From a virus: a stretch of 64,000 nucleotides of DNA. Numbering within the stretch: position 1 is the first letter of the stretch; each line of letters starts with the position of its first letter. This document shows positions 36,055 to 47,086 of the stretch, piece by piece. The stretch lies in IMG/VR virus record IMGVR_UViG_3300020020_000029, positions 2,527 to 66,526 of that record; one strand, given 5' to 3'. The translations under genes and the position numbers were made by a program. Below the pieces are notes generated by a model. That model was not told the origin of the DNA and made no database searches. It was given only the letters and a program-made list of their open reading frames with translations.

Positions 36055-36959
36055 TATACACCTGTGTAGATGATTTTATTAACTATGAGCGCTGGAGAGA
36101 GTACGCTGAAAGGTGTAGTAGAGCCGGTATTGCTAATTGTTATTCCTGTAACATTAGATGTATTCGATGCTCCTGCTGAATACTGTGTAAATGGCCCTGT
36201 TCCGCCGCTAGCCGCCCCTTGCGGCGTACCCACATCGTCTATGTGTGTATGCCCAGGATCAACAACGGCGTGTGTATGCGAGACTAGTTCAGCAGAAGTC
36301 ATAGTATGATTTTGTGCGCCGCCCGTGCCACCTAGTACAGTACCATCGAAGTTAGCACCTGCTACAGTAATTCTATTGGCAGCTACGCCGCCCATATCAT
36401 CTTTACCAAACCCAACTCTGCCTCTATAATCAGGCACGTTAAAAGTAGTTAATCCATCACCGGCTCCAAAGGCTGTGCCAACGGCAGCAAATAGAGCCGA
36501 ATAAGTTGTTCTAGATATGGCTTGGCCAAAAGATAACAGCCATAACGCAGGTGCCGCCGTTCCGCCATAATCCACTACTTCGCCAACGATTCTATTAGCA
36601 GCAACAGAGAAACTACCCGTAACAGTTAAGTTAGTAACAGTAAGATTAGTTATTAACCCTCCCGTAGGCGAAAGGCTCATAATAGTAGCGCCAGAGCCTA
36701 TGTAAGTCCAAGTCCCCGCCGCACTTCTATACCATCCTGTAGTGGTATCGGACGCTAAAGTCAAAGATGGCGCCGCTGCGCTGCCGTCCGCTAGTTTCAG
36801 CGGACCTGTCATAGAAGAGACGCCAGTTGTCGCTAACGATTGTGTTAACGCAGTAGCTACATCGGATAAATCGCTATTCATATCTGCTGATACTATAGTA
36901 GTACCGGATACGAAAGCAGCTTCAGGTAGTGTATAAGTACCACTAGCATTACGGGGCAT
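36054..36959 (-). CDS. Tail fibre protein with tail-collar domain
   Basis: MPRN.SGTY anchor; GQAISRTTYSALFAA.GT.FG.GDG.TTFN.PD.RGR. Confidence 0.85.
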   Translation of the reverse strand: MPRNASGTYTLPEAAFVSGTTIVSADMNSDLSDVATALTQSLATTGVSSMTGPLKLADGSAAAPSLTLASDTTTGWYRSAAGTWTYIGSGATIMSLSPTGGLITNLTVTNLTVTGSFSVAANRIVGEVVDYGGTAAPALWLLSFGQAISRTTYSALFAAVGTAFGAGDGLTTFNVPDYRGRVGFGKDDMGGVAANRITVAGANFDGTVLGGTGGAQNHTMTSAELVSHTHAVVDPGHTHIDDVGTPQGAASGGTGPFTQYSAGASNTSNVTGITISNTGSTTPFSVLSPALIVNKIIYTGV

Positions 36960-36969
36960 TTAACATACT

Positions 36970-38046
36970 CTAAGGGGCTATTATATTACCTATACTATCA
37001 GCAAACTTACCTGGAATAGTTCCACTGGAGCCTTCAAGCCCTTGCTGCGCCAATAGAGAATTTATAATAGCTTGTTTATTAGGAGAAGTGACTGCTTGAT
37101 TTGCATGATATTTAGGGTATACGTCTTTTATTGCAGCCTTCATAGCAGGCGTACCTATATATCTGCCAGCTATAAGGCCAGTCAGAGCGCCTAATGGACT
37201 ATGTAGCATACCCAACGCACCCCCCGCTAATGGCGCCATCCATTGCGCACGCTGTAGCGCTTTAGCGGTAGACGGTTCCGCTGCAGCTCCCGCTCTCATT
37301 GCGTCATTAAAGAAACTAGAAAAAGAACCGTGCGTAGCTCTTTCCTCTTTACTCATTCCCCGCCATAGATTAAGCGCTTGTTCTCTTGTAGATACCCCTG
37401 TAGCGCCTGCCAATTGAGGCGCGGTTGGGCTTATTAATTTACTAACGGCAGGGCCTAGCGAGCCAAGCACAGTTCCTGTGCCTATAGCCTTCGCTGTATC
37501 CCCTACAGAACCTTTGGGGTTTCTAATTCTTTCATCCAACCCAGAAACAACACCCCCTAGTCCACCTTGCGAAACCATGTGCGGGAGTAATTTAGTACTA
37601 TAAGTTAGCCCTTGTACACTCTTAGCTAAAGGCGTATATGCTGCTACTGTGCCAGCTACTTTTGCAGCTGTGCCGCTTTTTGGATAAGTTTTTTCAAAAT
37701 AGTCTTTGTCTGCCCCCATGCTTTGTTTATTTTTCTGGTATCTTTCTTGCCAAGTATCGCCAGATTCGCCTGTTCCTAGTAAGCTATGTAACATAGACTG
37801 AGCTAGCGCTGTGCTCTTATGTATAGTTGGGCCAGCTATAGGTATATCAGTGGCTTTTCTTCCTACTCCAGATATATATTTACGCCACTCTGGGCGATCT
37901 TTCATTTTACTATCTTTTGGATAGCTGATTTTCTCTGTCTTCTTATCGTCCTTTACAAATTCATCCCAAGGGTTAGCCGCTGAAGGCGCACTAACGCCAG
38001 GGGTAGCCGTATTGTCTTTTACAAACTCATCCCAAGGACTGGCCAT
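36970..38046 (-). CDS. Internal virion (ejection) protein
   Basis: PWDEFV repeated twice; G/A-rich amphipathic helices. Confidence 0.65.
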   Translation of the reverse strand: MASPWDEFVKDNTATPGVSAPSAANPWDEFVKDDKKTEKISYPKDSKMKDRPEWRKYISGVGRKATDIPIAGPTIHKSTALAQSMLHSLLGTGESGDTWQERYQKNKQSMGADKDYFEKTYPKSGTAAKVAGTVAAYTPLAKSVQGLTYSTKLLPHMVSQGGLGGVVSGLDERIRNPKGSVGDTAKAIGTGTVLGSLGPAVSKLISPTAPQLAGATGVSTREQALNLWRGMSKEERATHGSFSSFFNDAMRAGAAAEPSTAKALQRAQWMAPLAGGALGMLHSPLGALTGLIAGRYIGTPAMKAAIKDVYPKYHANQAVTSPNKQAIINSLLAQQGLEGSSGTIPGKFADSIGNIIAP

Positions 38047-38049
38047 GAA

Positions 38050-40599
38050 TTAAGGTGCAGTTCCTACTCTGCCATCAGGAGTTAAGAACTTCTTTCCAGA
38101 AGGTACTAATCGTCTAACGTCTTCAGGCTTTTCTATCCTGACTGTGGATATTTCTTCGTAGGTTACTTTATTGTCTTTACCTATAGACGGTCTCTTTATG
38201 ATAATAGGATTATTTAGATAGTACTCTTTTATTACTCTATTAAATTTTTCTACGTCTTCGCCTTTTAACATATTGGCAATTTCGCCAATTTCAATCTTCT
38301 GCTTAGTGCCCTGCCGCATTATGTCTAAGAGCATTTCCATACCGTGCTTAGTCTGCATTAAATCTGGATTAGCTCTCATGAAGGTTTGAAGCTCAAAATT
38401 AGAGCCTCTGTTCTGAGAAATAGCTCTAGTAGATTCAGAGGCTAGTATAGAATTAAGTTTGGATAAGACCTCTTCGTCAGAGGCGCCTTTAGTTGTCCCC
38501 GGTAAAAAGTTCTCTACAAACTGCCTAGCAAGCGTCATATATTTAGCTGTTGGGCCTCTAGATATATCGTTGCCTGCTGTCTTGGATATAGAATCCATTG
38601 CATTAATAGTTTGAATTTGTTCATGTGCAGCAGGGCCACCAGCTTTAATCGCTTCTTGTACAGTATCAGTCTTGCCCTTCATTAATTCTGCGTTGGCAGA
38701 GCCTTCCTGCTCTAATCTTTGTTTATATTTAACCCAATCCTCATAGCTATTTATTTGTGGGGGCGCACCTTCGCCAGATTTCTTACCTGCGGGGCTGCCA
38801 GAAGGCAGTTTCATTGGATACGAAGTATTGCCTTCTTTATCAAAAGTCCTAGAGAGCCCTACGTCTCCTATTTGATCTTTACTCGGGCCATGCATAAATT
38901 TATAATCAGCGCCGCCGCCTTTACGGGGAGTTACTTCTAAGAACCCATTAGGTACTTCTACATGGTAAGGCTCCGCTTTTTCCTTCCATTTTTGGAATAC
39001 CTCTTGCCCTTTATCGAGAGAGGTCATGGAGTTCATCTGCGCTCTGATTTCATCGTCTGTTTCTAAATAGGGCGCATTTGGCGCAGGACCCCGATACCCA
39101 GGTATATTAATTATTCTTCCGCCTTCGCCTGCTGGCTTGGCCGTAGGCGAATTAAATGACTGAGCTAACTCTACACCTTTAGGATCGCCTCTAGGCTCAC
39201 CTTTTTCAAACCCAGGGGCGCCTAGTCGCATATTAGGGCCGCCTAAATCGCCTTTAGGGCCTACTTCACCAGTAGGAGGTCTTAACCCATCGCGAGCATA
39301 AAATTCTTGTTCTGCCTTATCTTCTCCTACGCCCCTAGCTCTGATCTCTTCTAAAGCCTTCCCCGCAGCTCCCTCCTCTAGAGGGTTAGGGGGTGGTTTA
39401 GGGTCCATTTTAGGCGCAAATGGATTAATTCCGCCTCTAAGCCCGTCGATGGGCCTACTAGGAGTAATAGGCGCATTAGACGAGGGATCGACCGTCCCTG
39501 ACGGAGGAGTAAGAGGAGGCTCATTAGGTATAGATTGAGTTTGAACGGGTCTAACAGGTATCCCGCTAGAGGGGCGCGGGACAGGAGATATTCCAGAAAT
39601 TTTATCTTCTGGTGTTGCCTCACTAAGCTGTACTTCTGGTTTTTCTTCTGTAGTAAACGGTGTAGTAACATCTGCTTGAGCGTCAAATTTCTGAGTGTAT
39701 ATTTTAGAGAAATCTCCAGACTTTACTTGCCTTATAGGAATATTTTTTAGTGGATGCCCATCGGGGATATTATCTCTAATGGCTCTTATGGCCCAATCTA
39801 CGCCTCTATCTCGCCCCTCTTTTGTTTTTAATAGATTTGCAACAGCAGAGCCGTTAGGATTATTTATATGTACACTAGCCCCACCAGTCCCTTGTTGGTG
39901 CGCTAAATAAGTCTCTCCCCAAGTGGGCTCTCGACCTATATACTTAGACAGCTCTGCTCTGTTGCCCTCTGCTTTAGCTGTTATTGCTTTTATTTGTAAA
40001 TCCCTATTGGCCCAATGGTTGGGTGCTTTAGGGTCTAGGCTCATGCCGTATTTTTTAATGTCCGCGTCGTTTAGCTGCCCTAGACCTTTATACCCGTATT
40101 TATTAACCAGCCCAGGATTCCCGCTGCTCTCTATATTAATGAGCGTAGGTAAATACTCCTCCATAGAAGAGACTTTACGTGCTTTAGGCGCGCCGCCTTC
40201 TACTATAGAAGACTTAGGCCCTGCTGGGCTAGTAGAATCAAATTCGCCCGGAGCGTAAGACGCTAATGGCGTCTTAGGCGTAGATGGGGTTTTAGGGGTT
40301 TTATTAGTCCCGAATAGCCCACCTAATATCTTACTCCCTAAAGTAGGAGATATTTCTGGATCGTGAGAAGGGTTGGTACGCCTATCAGAAAGAGCTTTCT
40401 CTTGCACCCCTGCTATATTTCTATAACGTAACCCTCCAACATCATCGACCATATCTGGAATAGTAGACATCCAGCCGTAAGGGGCTGTTAGCATATGCTC
40501 TTGAATGCCCTTCCTTCTTTTTAGAAGGGCTTCAGCCATTCGTCTAGAAAATTCTACTTGGCCACCAGTGCCAAATTCTTCATCGTAAGGAGTAGCCAT
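38050..40599 (-). CDS. Ejection protein with a lytic-transglycosylase-like domain
   Basis: IESSGNP...Y.GLGQ, YLAHQQG.GG. Confidence 0.7.
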   Translation of the reverse strand: MATPYDEEFGTGGQVEFSRRMAEALLKRRKGIQEHMLTAPYGWMSTIPDMVDDVGGLRYRNIAGVQEKALSDRRTNPSHDPEISPTLGSKILGGLFGTNKTPKTPSTPKTPLASYAPGEFDSTSPAGPKSSIVEGGAPKARKVSSMEEYLPTLINIESSGNPGLVNKYGYKGLGQLNDADIKKYGMSLDPKAPNHWANRDLQIKAITAKAEGNRAELSKYIGREPTWGETYLAHQQGTGGASVHINNPNGSAVANLLKTKEGRDRGVDWAIRAIRDNIPDGHPLKNIPIRQVKSGDFSKIYTQKFDAQADVTTPFTTEEKPEVQLSEATPEDKISGISPVPRPSSGIPVRPVQTQSIPNEPPLTPPSGTVDPSSNAPITPSRPIDGLRGGINPFAPKMDPKPPPNPLEEGAAGKALEEIRARGVGEDKAEQEFYARDGLRPPTGEVGPKGDLGGPNMRLGAPGFEKGEPRGDPKGVELAQSFNSPTAKPAGEGGRIINIPGYRGPAPNAPYLETDDEIRAQMNSMTSLDKGQEVFQKWKEKAEPYHVEVPNGFLEVTPRKGGGADYKFMHGPSKDQIGDVGLSRTFDKEGNTSYPMKLPSGSPAGKKSGEGAPPQINSYEDWVKYKQRLEQEGSANAELMKGKTDTVQEAIKAGGPAAHEQIQTINAMDSISKTAGNDISRGPTAKYMTLARQFVENFLPGTTKGASDEEVLSKLNSILASESTRAISQNRGSNFELQTFMRANPDLMQTKHGMEMLLDIMRQGTKQKIEIGEIANMLKGEDVEKFNRVIKEYYLNNPIIIKRPSIGKDNKVTYEEISTVRIEKPEDVRRLVPSGKKFLTPDGRVGTAP

Positions 40600-41126
40600 T
40601 AACCTACCATTCCTGCCATGCCATTACGAAACGAATGCGGATTAAAATTAGAATTAGTCGGCGACGGAAGCGGCCCCCCTCCTACTTGAGGTAAAGGTAA
40701 ATCGCTTACAGGTGCTTGTGCTGCTGCCATATTAGTAGGCATATTTTGCATGTTAGTGTCTGGAGTATTTGTAATAGGCACCCCCGGTGCGCCCATATTA
40801 TTCGGGTCTAACGCAGAGCCTACTTGCCCTCCCGATTGCCCACTGATTTCTGGCTGTACGTACCCTGGCAAAGTAGTAGGATCGAGTGAAGTTCCTACTT
40901 GCCCCCCCGCTTGGGAGGAGACCTCTAGCATTGGGTTAGCCCCAGCGGCGCCACTAAAATTGCCCCCTGGTCTAAAGTTCATAAGACTAGAAAGAATGCT
41001 ATTTAGCATACCGCTATCCCCTCCTGGCGAATTAGGAGAACTAGGCACGCCACCGCCGCTAGGGGGGCTAAAATTAAAGCCGCCAGGGCCACCATATTTT
41101 TTAATCTTGCTGCTAGGTCCAGGCAT
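40599..41126 (-). CDS. Low-complexity P/G-rich virion protein
   Basis: Operon-coupled; duplicated S.Q.GGQVG..LDP motif. Confidence 0.55.
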   Translation of the reverse strand: MPGPSSKIKKYGGPGGFNFSPPSGGGVPSSPNSPGGDSGMLNSILSSLMNFRPGGNFSGAAGANPMLEVSSQAGGQVGTSLDPTTLPGYVQPEISGQSGGQVGSALDPNNMGAPGVPITNTPDTNMQNMPTNMAAAQAPVSDLPLPQVGGGPLPSPTNSNFNPHSFRNGMAGMVG

Positions 41127-41132
41127 TTTATT

Positions 41133-41978
41133 TTATCCTATTCCAAACATAGATGTTATCGCGTTGCCCCCCACACTGCCCCCACCACTAGTAGGAAGCT
41201 TAGCCACAGAGCCTACTGTATTGAATATTCCGCTCATCATGGCGTTTTGAGCTTTGACTTTCTCTTGATAATTTTTAAACGCTTGTTCTTGCGCGGCTAA
41301 GGCAGCTCCTTGATAGTCAGCTGCGCCTACATTCGCTGTAGGCGTACTATCAAAACTTAAATCCCCAGGCGCTCCGTAAGAGGCTAATTTCATAGACATT
41401 TCCGCAGGGAGCGCCCATTGATCTTTAGCCATCTGATGCGCTTGTGGAACAAAATCTTGTAATAACTTACCCTTAGTTAAATTCTGTTGATTGCTCTGTG
41501 CATCTACTTGCTGTTGATAAGCAGGCGTTCCGGGAAGTATTCCTTGATTCCTCAAATGTGTATCTAGCTGCTCTCTTTCGGGAGTCATAAACCTCTCTAT
41601 AAGAGGCATATGATTAGAGATGAACTGATTAGTTAGAGCGTCTGTGCCTTCAGGGCCTAGAAAAGCAGGGTCTTGCCCCATTCTTGAAGAAATATCATTC
41701 CATAAGTCAGCACCGCCACCACCCACATCACCTTTAGTACCATAGAACTGGTCAAATAACGCCTGCATAACTGGAGAATATTCTTTACTCTGTTCATAGT
41801 CGGGTAGCCCTGTGATGGGGTCAATAGTAGAACTATAGGATTTAGTCCCAAATGGATCCGATTGATTCATCGTCCCAAGCGAAAGCGACTGCTGGCCACC
41901 TTTAAGGTTATAGCCTTGCTGAGTCTCAGCTACTTGGCCCGGATTAATAGGAGGCGGAGCGTTAGGTTTGCTGGGCAT
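41133..41978 (-). CDS. Ejection/pilot protein
   Basis: KP.APP, L..QGI.PG..AY, G-rich C-terminus. Confidence 0.65.
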   Translation of the reverse strand: MPSKPNAPPPINPGQVAETQQGYNLKGGQQSLSLGTMNQSDPFGTKSYSSTIDPITGLPDYEQSKEYSPVMQALFDQFYGTKGDVGGGGADLWNDISSRMGQDPAFLGPEGTDALTNQFISNHMPLIERFMTPEREQLDTHLRNQGILPGTPAYQQQVDAQSNQQNLTKGKLLQDFVPQAHQMAKDQWALPAEMSMKLASYGAPGDLSFDSTPTANVGAADYQGAALAAQEQAFKNYQEKVKAQNAMMSGIFNTVGSVAKLPTSGGGSVGGNAITSMFGIG

Positions 41979-42408
41979 TTCTAATCCACTTTAAACCATC
42001 TTCTTTAAAAATAGCGTAACTTAGCGCATCTACTAAGCTACCTTTATTGTCTAGGTAGTAATCTTTATGCCTACCTTCATACTTGAAGCCTATTTTCTCT
42101 ACAATCTGAGATATTTTTTCGTTGGTGCAATACACTCTAGCAGTGAGCCTTACGCAGCCTATTTGTTTAAATACATAGTCTGCTATATCACTAAGAGCTT
42201 TTCTATTTAAACATTTAGGTCCATTGAAGTGTATTTCTACATTAGGGCCTGTATAATTGTGGTATATAGCTTGCGCTACTACTTTGCCATTTTTGAACCA
42301 GCCCATTGCAGTATACGGCGCCTCTACAGGATGGCCTGTTTCTCTATTAAAATATCCAGCTATCATTATGCCGACGCTATCCGTATTAGTACCATATATA
42401 AGATGCAT
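41962..42408 (-). CDS. GNAT-fold virion assembly protein
   Basis: YVF.Q.GC.RLT, N......EK.GF..EG; position after the nozzle gene. Confidence 0.7.
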   Translation of the reverse strand: MHLIYGTNTDSVGIMIAGYFNRETGHPVEAPYTAMGWFKNGKVVAQAIYHNYTGPNVEIHFNGPKCLNRKALSDIADYVFKQIGCVRLTARVYCTNEKISQIVEKIGFKYEGRHKDYYLDNKGSLVDALSYAIFKEDGLKWIRNAQQT

Positions 42409-44090
42409 TAGATAGGCCCACCAAACTCAAGAGCTATCTCAAACATGTTCAATCTAAGAGTGGCTAGCCCTTCGCCGCTCCTAAGAGTTGCACCATTGCC
42501 ATCAAATACAGCGGTATCAAATACAGCGGTATCAAATACCGAAGATTGTGCTACTTCGCTGGCAGTTCCACCGCCTGCCAGATTGACTACCATTCTTACA
42601 GCTAGCGCTGTGCCTAAAGCAGCACAGCTTTGCCAATTTAGTACTGTAACTAACCCTGTAGACCATTCAGATGCATCCCACAGCGACACATCCCATAACG
42701 CACCGCTTGGAGTTAAGATCGTAACTGGCGCTGATGGAGAACTATCTTCAAAGTCTACATCTATCTGTATAGACGGTGTTAAAGTACCATCTGCCACCAA
42801 GAATGGTCTAATCATTTTTGCGTGTTTTAGCCTTCCAGGTTGTTCAAAATAGTTAAACGCACACTTAACGTCGTATAATATAGGCTCAACTAAGTCTAGA
42901 GCGCCTGCGTAAGCTAAATTTACATTACCATTATTATCCCCAAAATAAAGGCTCTCGTTAAATAATTCAAAACAATTAGCGTTCCACCCCTCAAAAGCAG
43001 TCCAGGCCCCTGTAAGCGCGTTTTGTACTCTTTGTATTTGAGTATTGCTCTCAACCTGGGGCACATTGAGAATAAGAAGTCCTTGTTGAGGGAATGATAT
43101 AAGCTGCCAGCCAAAGTTACCAGAGTAACTCTGCGCATCTGTCATCAATAAGTTCTGTATTCTATTGGTCACAGCTACCGATCTAGACGCTGCTGGATCG
43201 AACGACAAAACTTGCGATATAGGTAATATACCTTGTACCGTAATCACAAAAAGATCAGAGCCGTACTTACAGAGACACCTTGATCCAATAGGGTCCGCTA
43301 AATCAAAAGTACCTACTAGCGCCCACATATTAGCATTAGTGGGGTCAGTGCCTTTATATTGTATAACTTGGCCCTCTGTAGTCACAAATATAGCTGTGTC
43401 GTCAGGGCCATTGCCCCCATCGAGAGTCCAAGACCCCATAGCTAACACCGACCCGCCCCTCGTCATAAATGAGCCTAAATCTAGGGCAGTAGCGGCTCCT
43501 TGTACAGCGTCAGTAGTTAAGAAGTAAACTTTAGTAGAATTATTAGGTATTAGCCACACTCTTCTCTTAAAAGCATGTATATTAAAAAATATGTCGCTAG
43601 TCCCTGTTATTACGTTCTCTGCCCAAATTGTCCCATTCCAACTCTGTACGTTTGAATTCAGTCCATTAACTGCTAAAAGATAATTAGCTCCTAACGCAGG
43701 AGTAAAATTTATATACTGAAATTTATCCCCGCCGAACCCTGAAGCCGCTAGAGTGGGTACGCCATAAATGCTTACGTCCCATATTTCTGTGCCCGATGCG
43801 GCAAACAATTGAGGCGATGCTAGGGGGGGTCTATACTGCATGAGGCTATTTACGGGCGAAGTAGTAAACCCTTGCGCCCAAGCGTTGTATCCCCCACGTA
43901 ATTCTAGCCAGCCTGTACGAGGCACCCAATTAATCATCGATGCAGCATATTTAGGCTCCATCGCAGATAAAGGCATAAGCGCGTCTATCCCGCCAATCGG
44001 GGCAGGGACTATTTTAACGTCTACATCTTGGTCTAAATACGCGCCTTTAGCTTGCCATTTATCCGCGTATTTTTTACGAATATATGCCAT
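42408..44090 (-). CDS. Tail nozzle/head-closure protein (P22 gp10/tubular B-like)
   Basis: PAP.GG, beta-propeller-like composition, Y.GTDP, N..TGAW..F.GW. Confidence 0.7.
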   Translation of the reverse strand: MAYIRKKYADKWQAKGAYLDQDVDVKIVPAPIGGIDALMPLSAMEPKYAASMINWVPRTGWLELRGGYNAWAQGFTTSPVNSLMQYRPPLASPQLFAASGTEIWDVSIYGVPTLAASGFGGDKFQYINFTPALGANYLLAVNGLNSNVQSWNGTIWAENVITGTSDIFFNIHAFKRRVWLIPNNSTKVYFLTTDAVQGAATALDLGSFMTRGGSVLAMGSWTLDGGNGPDDTAIFVTTEGQVIQYKGTDPTNANMWALVGTFDLADPIGSRCLCKYGSDLFVITVQGILPISQVLSFDPAASRSVAVTNRIQNLLMTDAQSYSGNFGWQLISFPQQGLLILNVPQVESNTQIQRVQNALTGAWTAFEGWNANCFELFNESLYFGDNNGNVNLAYAGALDLVEPILYDVKCAFNYFEQPGRLKHAKMIRPFLVADGTLTPSIQIDVDFEDSSPSAPVTILTPSGALWDVSLWDASEWSTGLVTVLNWQSCAALGTALAVRMVVNLAGGGTASEVAQSSVFDTAVFDTAVFDGNGATLRSGEGLATLRLNMFEIALEFGGPI

Positions 44091-45052
44091 TAAGCCACAT
44101 TTGGACCTGTGGGGCCAGGAAAGAACCCATCTTGCACATTTGCAGGTGATATAAATATGGGGCTCTGACGCTTAACCATACTTAGAGTTTGCCTGCCCCC
44201 GTCTCTCGAAATTAATCTCTCTATGTATTCGTCGTTCTCTGAGCGAATAGGCATCCAATTAAAACCTTTCTGCGCCCAGAATCGCCATTTTATCTCATTT
44301 ATAATGGCTCTATCGTTTAAAATAGGTATATCTGAGTCCGCTGTGAAAAACTCTGCCGTTGTTGTACCTCCAGTGACATATACAGAGTATTTAGAGACAT
44401 ATTCAAATACTATCTGTATAGGTTGAGTAATTTCAGCAGGAGGGGGCCATATTCTATAATTGTTTGCAAGAGCCCCTATCTGCCTAAAATGACGCCTCGG
44501 GCCTGTAGTCACAATTCCTGATCTATGCCATTGATCTAATTGGGGGCTGTCTGGCCCCAATAATTCCCATCTATTAGTTCTATCCCACCACGTTCTATTT
44601 AAAAAGTGACTAAAGTCCGTAGGTTCAGGGTATGTATCTTTAGAAAAGACTAAATCTGTACCTACAGCGGCCCCAGTAGCCAACATAGTCATAGTTATTT
44701 GTGTGGGGCTATCTACAGACGCTATTCGAGCTGCTGCTGGTATCTCGCTTCCAGACACCATAAAATAGTTTGCTTGGAGAGAAGCTGTACTAGGTATATT
44801 ACTAATAACAGCGGAATCTAGCGCTACGTCGCCTGTAGTTTCAACAGGAGGCGTAACTGCTAAATTATATTCTTTAGTTAAAGCAGTCCATCCCGTAGGA
44901 TGGCGCTGCCTTAGTTCTTCTATGGCTTGATTGGCGAAACCATACATTTGCATAGTAGTGAGCTGCTGAGAACTCACCACTACGCTGTCTTGAACAAGCC
45001 CTAATTCTAACTGAGCTTGATTTATTATTTGTAATAATGTCTTCTGAGGCAT
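44090..45052 (-). CDS. Head-tail adaptor/tubular protein A
   Basis: TLLQII..A..ELGL, WDRT.RW...GP; position in the operon. Confidence 0.7.
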   Translation of the reverse strand: MPQKTLLQIINQAQLELGLVQDSVVVSSQQLTTMQMYGFANQAIEELRQRHPTGWTALTKEYNLAVTPPVETTGDVALDSAVISNIPSTASLQANYFMVSGSEIPAAARIASVDSPTQITMTMLATGAAVGTDLVFSKDTYPEPTDFSHFLNRTWWDRTNRWELLGPDSPQLDQWHRSGIVTTGPRRHFRQIGALANNYRIWPPPAEITQPIQIVFEYVSKYSVYVTGGTTTAEFFTADSDIPILNDRAIINEIKWRFWAQKGFNWMPIRSENDEYIERLISRDGGRQTLSMVKRQSPIFISPANVQDGFFPGPTGPNVA

Positions 45053-45077
45053 AGTAACCCTCTATTTAGAGAGTTAA

Positions 45078-45494
45078 TTATACGCTGGTCTTTACGAACG
45101 CCCAGGTGCTTGTATTTATATTTTTGTAAATTGCAACATGAGTAGTAAGGAGAGACACGCCAGTAGTGCCAGCGGTGGCTGCACCATTACCAATAAGAGT
45201 AACAGCACTACCAGCAGCATTATTAGCCGCGTATACTGCGAGCGTAGCACCTTGGTTATTAACGATAGTATACTCATCGCCAGGGAGACACCCATTCGCA
45301 CCGCCTACTTGGGGTAGTTTAATGCCACTACCAGAATTAGAGGCAAGAACAAAGTAGATTCCTTGCCTGCCAGGAATCTGAGTAGCCGAGCCAGCAGAAG
45401 TGCCAGCGATAGTAACAGCTTGGATATTCATGCCCACTCGTGCAGCAAGCGGATGTGCCATACCCAAGCCCATTAAATTCTCTGACTTAGCCAT
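45078..45494 (-). CDS. Small A/G/T-rich virion protein
   Basis: LMGLGM..PLA N-terminus; beta-rich. Confidence 0.65.
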   Translation of the reverse strand: MAKSENLMGLGMAHPLAARVGMNIQAVTIAGTSAGSATQIPGRQGIYFVLASNSGSGIKLPQVGGANGCLPGDEYTIVNNQGATLAVYAANNAAGSAVTLIGNGAATAGTTGVSLLTTHVAIYKNINTSTWAFVKTSV

Positions 45495-46305
45495 TTAATT
45501 CACCCTTTTCAATTGCTTTGGCGCGGGCTACTTTTAAAAACTCTGCTAATAGCCCGCCACCTTTTACTTCAATGTGTAGTCTAGCGGAATACTCAGTTAA
45601 CATATATTTGAAATCGAACAACTGCGCTAACATATAGCTAGCTACTTTGAAAGTTTTGCCCTCTGGCTCTAGCTTTATTTCTGTTATGTCTCCTAGCGTC
45701 TCGTAATCTGGGTCCAGAAATTCATAAGCATGGTGTTTATAGTCGTCTGTAAGACAAGTGTCAAACCCAAATAAATGTATGTTCCTAAAGCCCATCATCA
45801 TGGCCATGCCGATGGCTCTTGTGCCTACTGTACAGCCACCTACTACTTTAATTTCGTCTTTTAGAAAGACTTCATCATCGAACTCTTTACCTGACGCAGC
45901 GTGCCATATATAAGGCGAATGACAATCTAAATGCTCGAATACTTTTTCATGACACTGAGAAGCGATTAAATACGTAATTGGCCACTTAGCTTTTTGTAAA
46001 TAACGCACCATAAATAGATCAGGATCGCATACTATACAATATTTAGGTATAACTCCTTGTTCTATTACATAATCATGTGCTGATCCACACACCATTGTAT
46101 CTTTATACTTATGTAAATCACCTATAGTGTGTTTTAAGGACGGCCCACCGCCAACTAGGGCGATGGGCCGTTCCTCGCGCCAGTCTGCGCAAGTATGAAT
46201 AGGTGCTAGGAGATGCTTTCTGGCGTCTAAAATCTGTGCCTTTAGTGTCTCTAAAGGTACGGCAGTAGTTATCTCTACGCCTTCTATTTCTTTAAGTGAG
46301 TGCAT
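45487..46305 (-). CDS. DUF115/Maf-like (MptE-like) glycosyltransferase
   Basis: IALVGGGPSL, CGSAHDY, P.Y...CDP, YLIASQC, WH, GGCTVGTRA, GFRNIHLFGFD.C. Confidence 0.8.
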   Translation of the reverse strand: MHSLKEIEGVEITTAVPLETLKAQILDARKHLLAPIHTCADWREERPIALVGGGPSLKHTIGDLHKYKDTMVCGSAHDYVIEQGVIPKYCIVCDPDLFMVRYLQKAKWPITYLIASQCHEKVFEHLDCHSPYIWHAASGKEFDDEVFLKDEIKVVGGCTVGTRAIGMAMMMGFRNIHLFGFDTCLTDDYKHHAYEFLDPDYETLGDITEIKLEPEGKTFKVASYMLAQLFDFKYMLTEYSARLHIEVKGGGLLAEFLKVARAKAIEKGELNG

Positions 46306-47086
46306 TTTGATCCTTACCGGCTAAAGGATCAGTAATTAAATCTTCTACTGTAGGCGGCGAAGTAGTTCTCTTTTTCTTTAAGACTGCCTTAGACGCCTCT
46401 TGCGTAGGGTGATTGAGATTTATTCGCTCCGATTGCGCATCGTATCCTATAACAAAAGGAGGCTGTTTAGACGCGCTGATAGGATCATTAAATTTCATCA
46501 AAAGATGATCTAGCTGCGCCTTCAATTGGCCTATCTGTTGCGTTTGTACTTGCATCTCGTTTCTTAGATTGTCGTTCTCTTGACGCAATTTAAGGAACGC
46601 AGTGCCTTTAGAGGCGCTATCTATGTATTGATTCGCTCTATTTACATACTCTTGAGCACCACGGCCAATAGAATCAATAGCGTGCGCAGAAAGTTTAGCA
46701 CACTGCTCGATGGTATATACGCCAGAGGCGCGTAAATTCTCTGCTACAGCGGGATAGTTGGGGAATAGTAAATCTATAGGAGTGCCCTCGGGTATTTGTG
46801 TCCTATTTTGAACAAAAGCAGCCCATTTAGACGCAAACCTAAGTTTATCGTTGTCATTAATAGGTCTATCGATTTTATTAAGATTCTCTCCAGGCTGCTG
46901 GATCATAATAAAGATTTTATCTTCGTGGTAAGGCCTACCATGCTCCAACGAAAGAGCTGGATTTTCTACTGACCTATTATAGAACATAACCAGAAGCTGG
47001 TCGTCGCTGCCGTACTGTGCGATACCGAAGTTTTGACCTTGCATATTTATTCTGGTTGGGCCAGAAAGATGAGACAGTTCGTTCAT
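46292..47086 (-). CDS. Hypothetical protein of the capsid module
   Basis: V.FY, GRP...D..FI.I..PG, RF...W..F, EGTPI, TIEQ.A.L. Confidence 0.7.
   Translation of the reverse strand: MNELSHLSGPTRINMQGQNFGIAQYGSDDQLLVMFYNRSVENPALSLEHGRPYHEDKIFIMIQQPGENLNKIDRPINDNDKLRFASKWAAFVQNRTQIPEGTPIDLLFPNYPAVAENLRASGVYTIEQCAKLSAHAIDSIGRGAQEYVNRANQYIDSASKGTAFLKLRQENDNLRNEMQVQTQQIGQLKAQLDHLLMKFNDPISASKQPPFVIGYDAQSERINLNHPTQEASKAVLKKKRTTSPPTVEDLITDPLAGKDQNALT

Noticed and set aside
42501-42540. 15-bp tandem repeat in the nozzle gene
   Set aside because: In-frame coding repeat (VFDTA) echoing the nearby LWDVSLWD motif; a protein-level feature, not a mobile or regulatory element.
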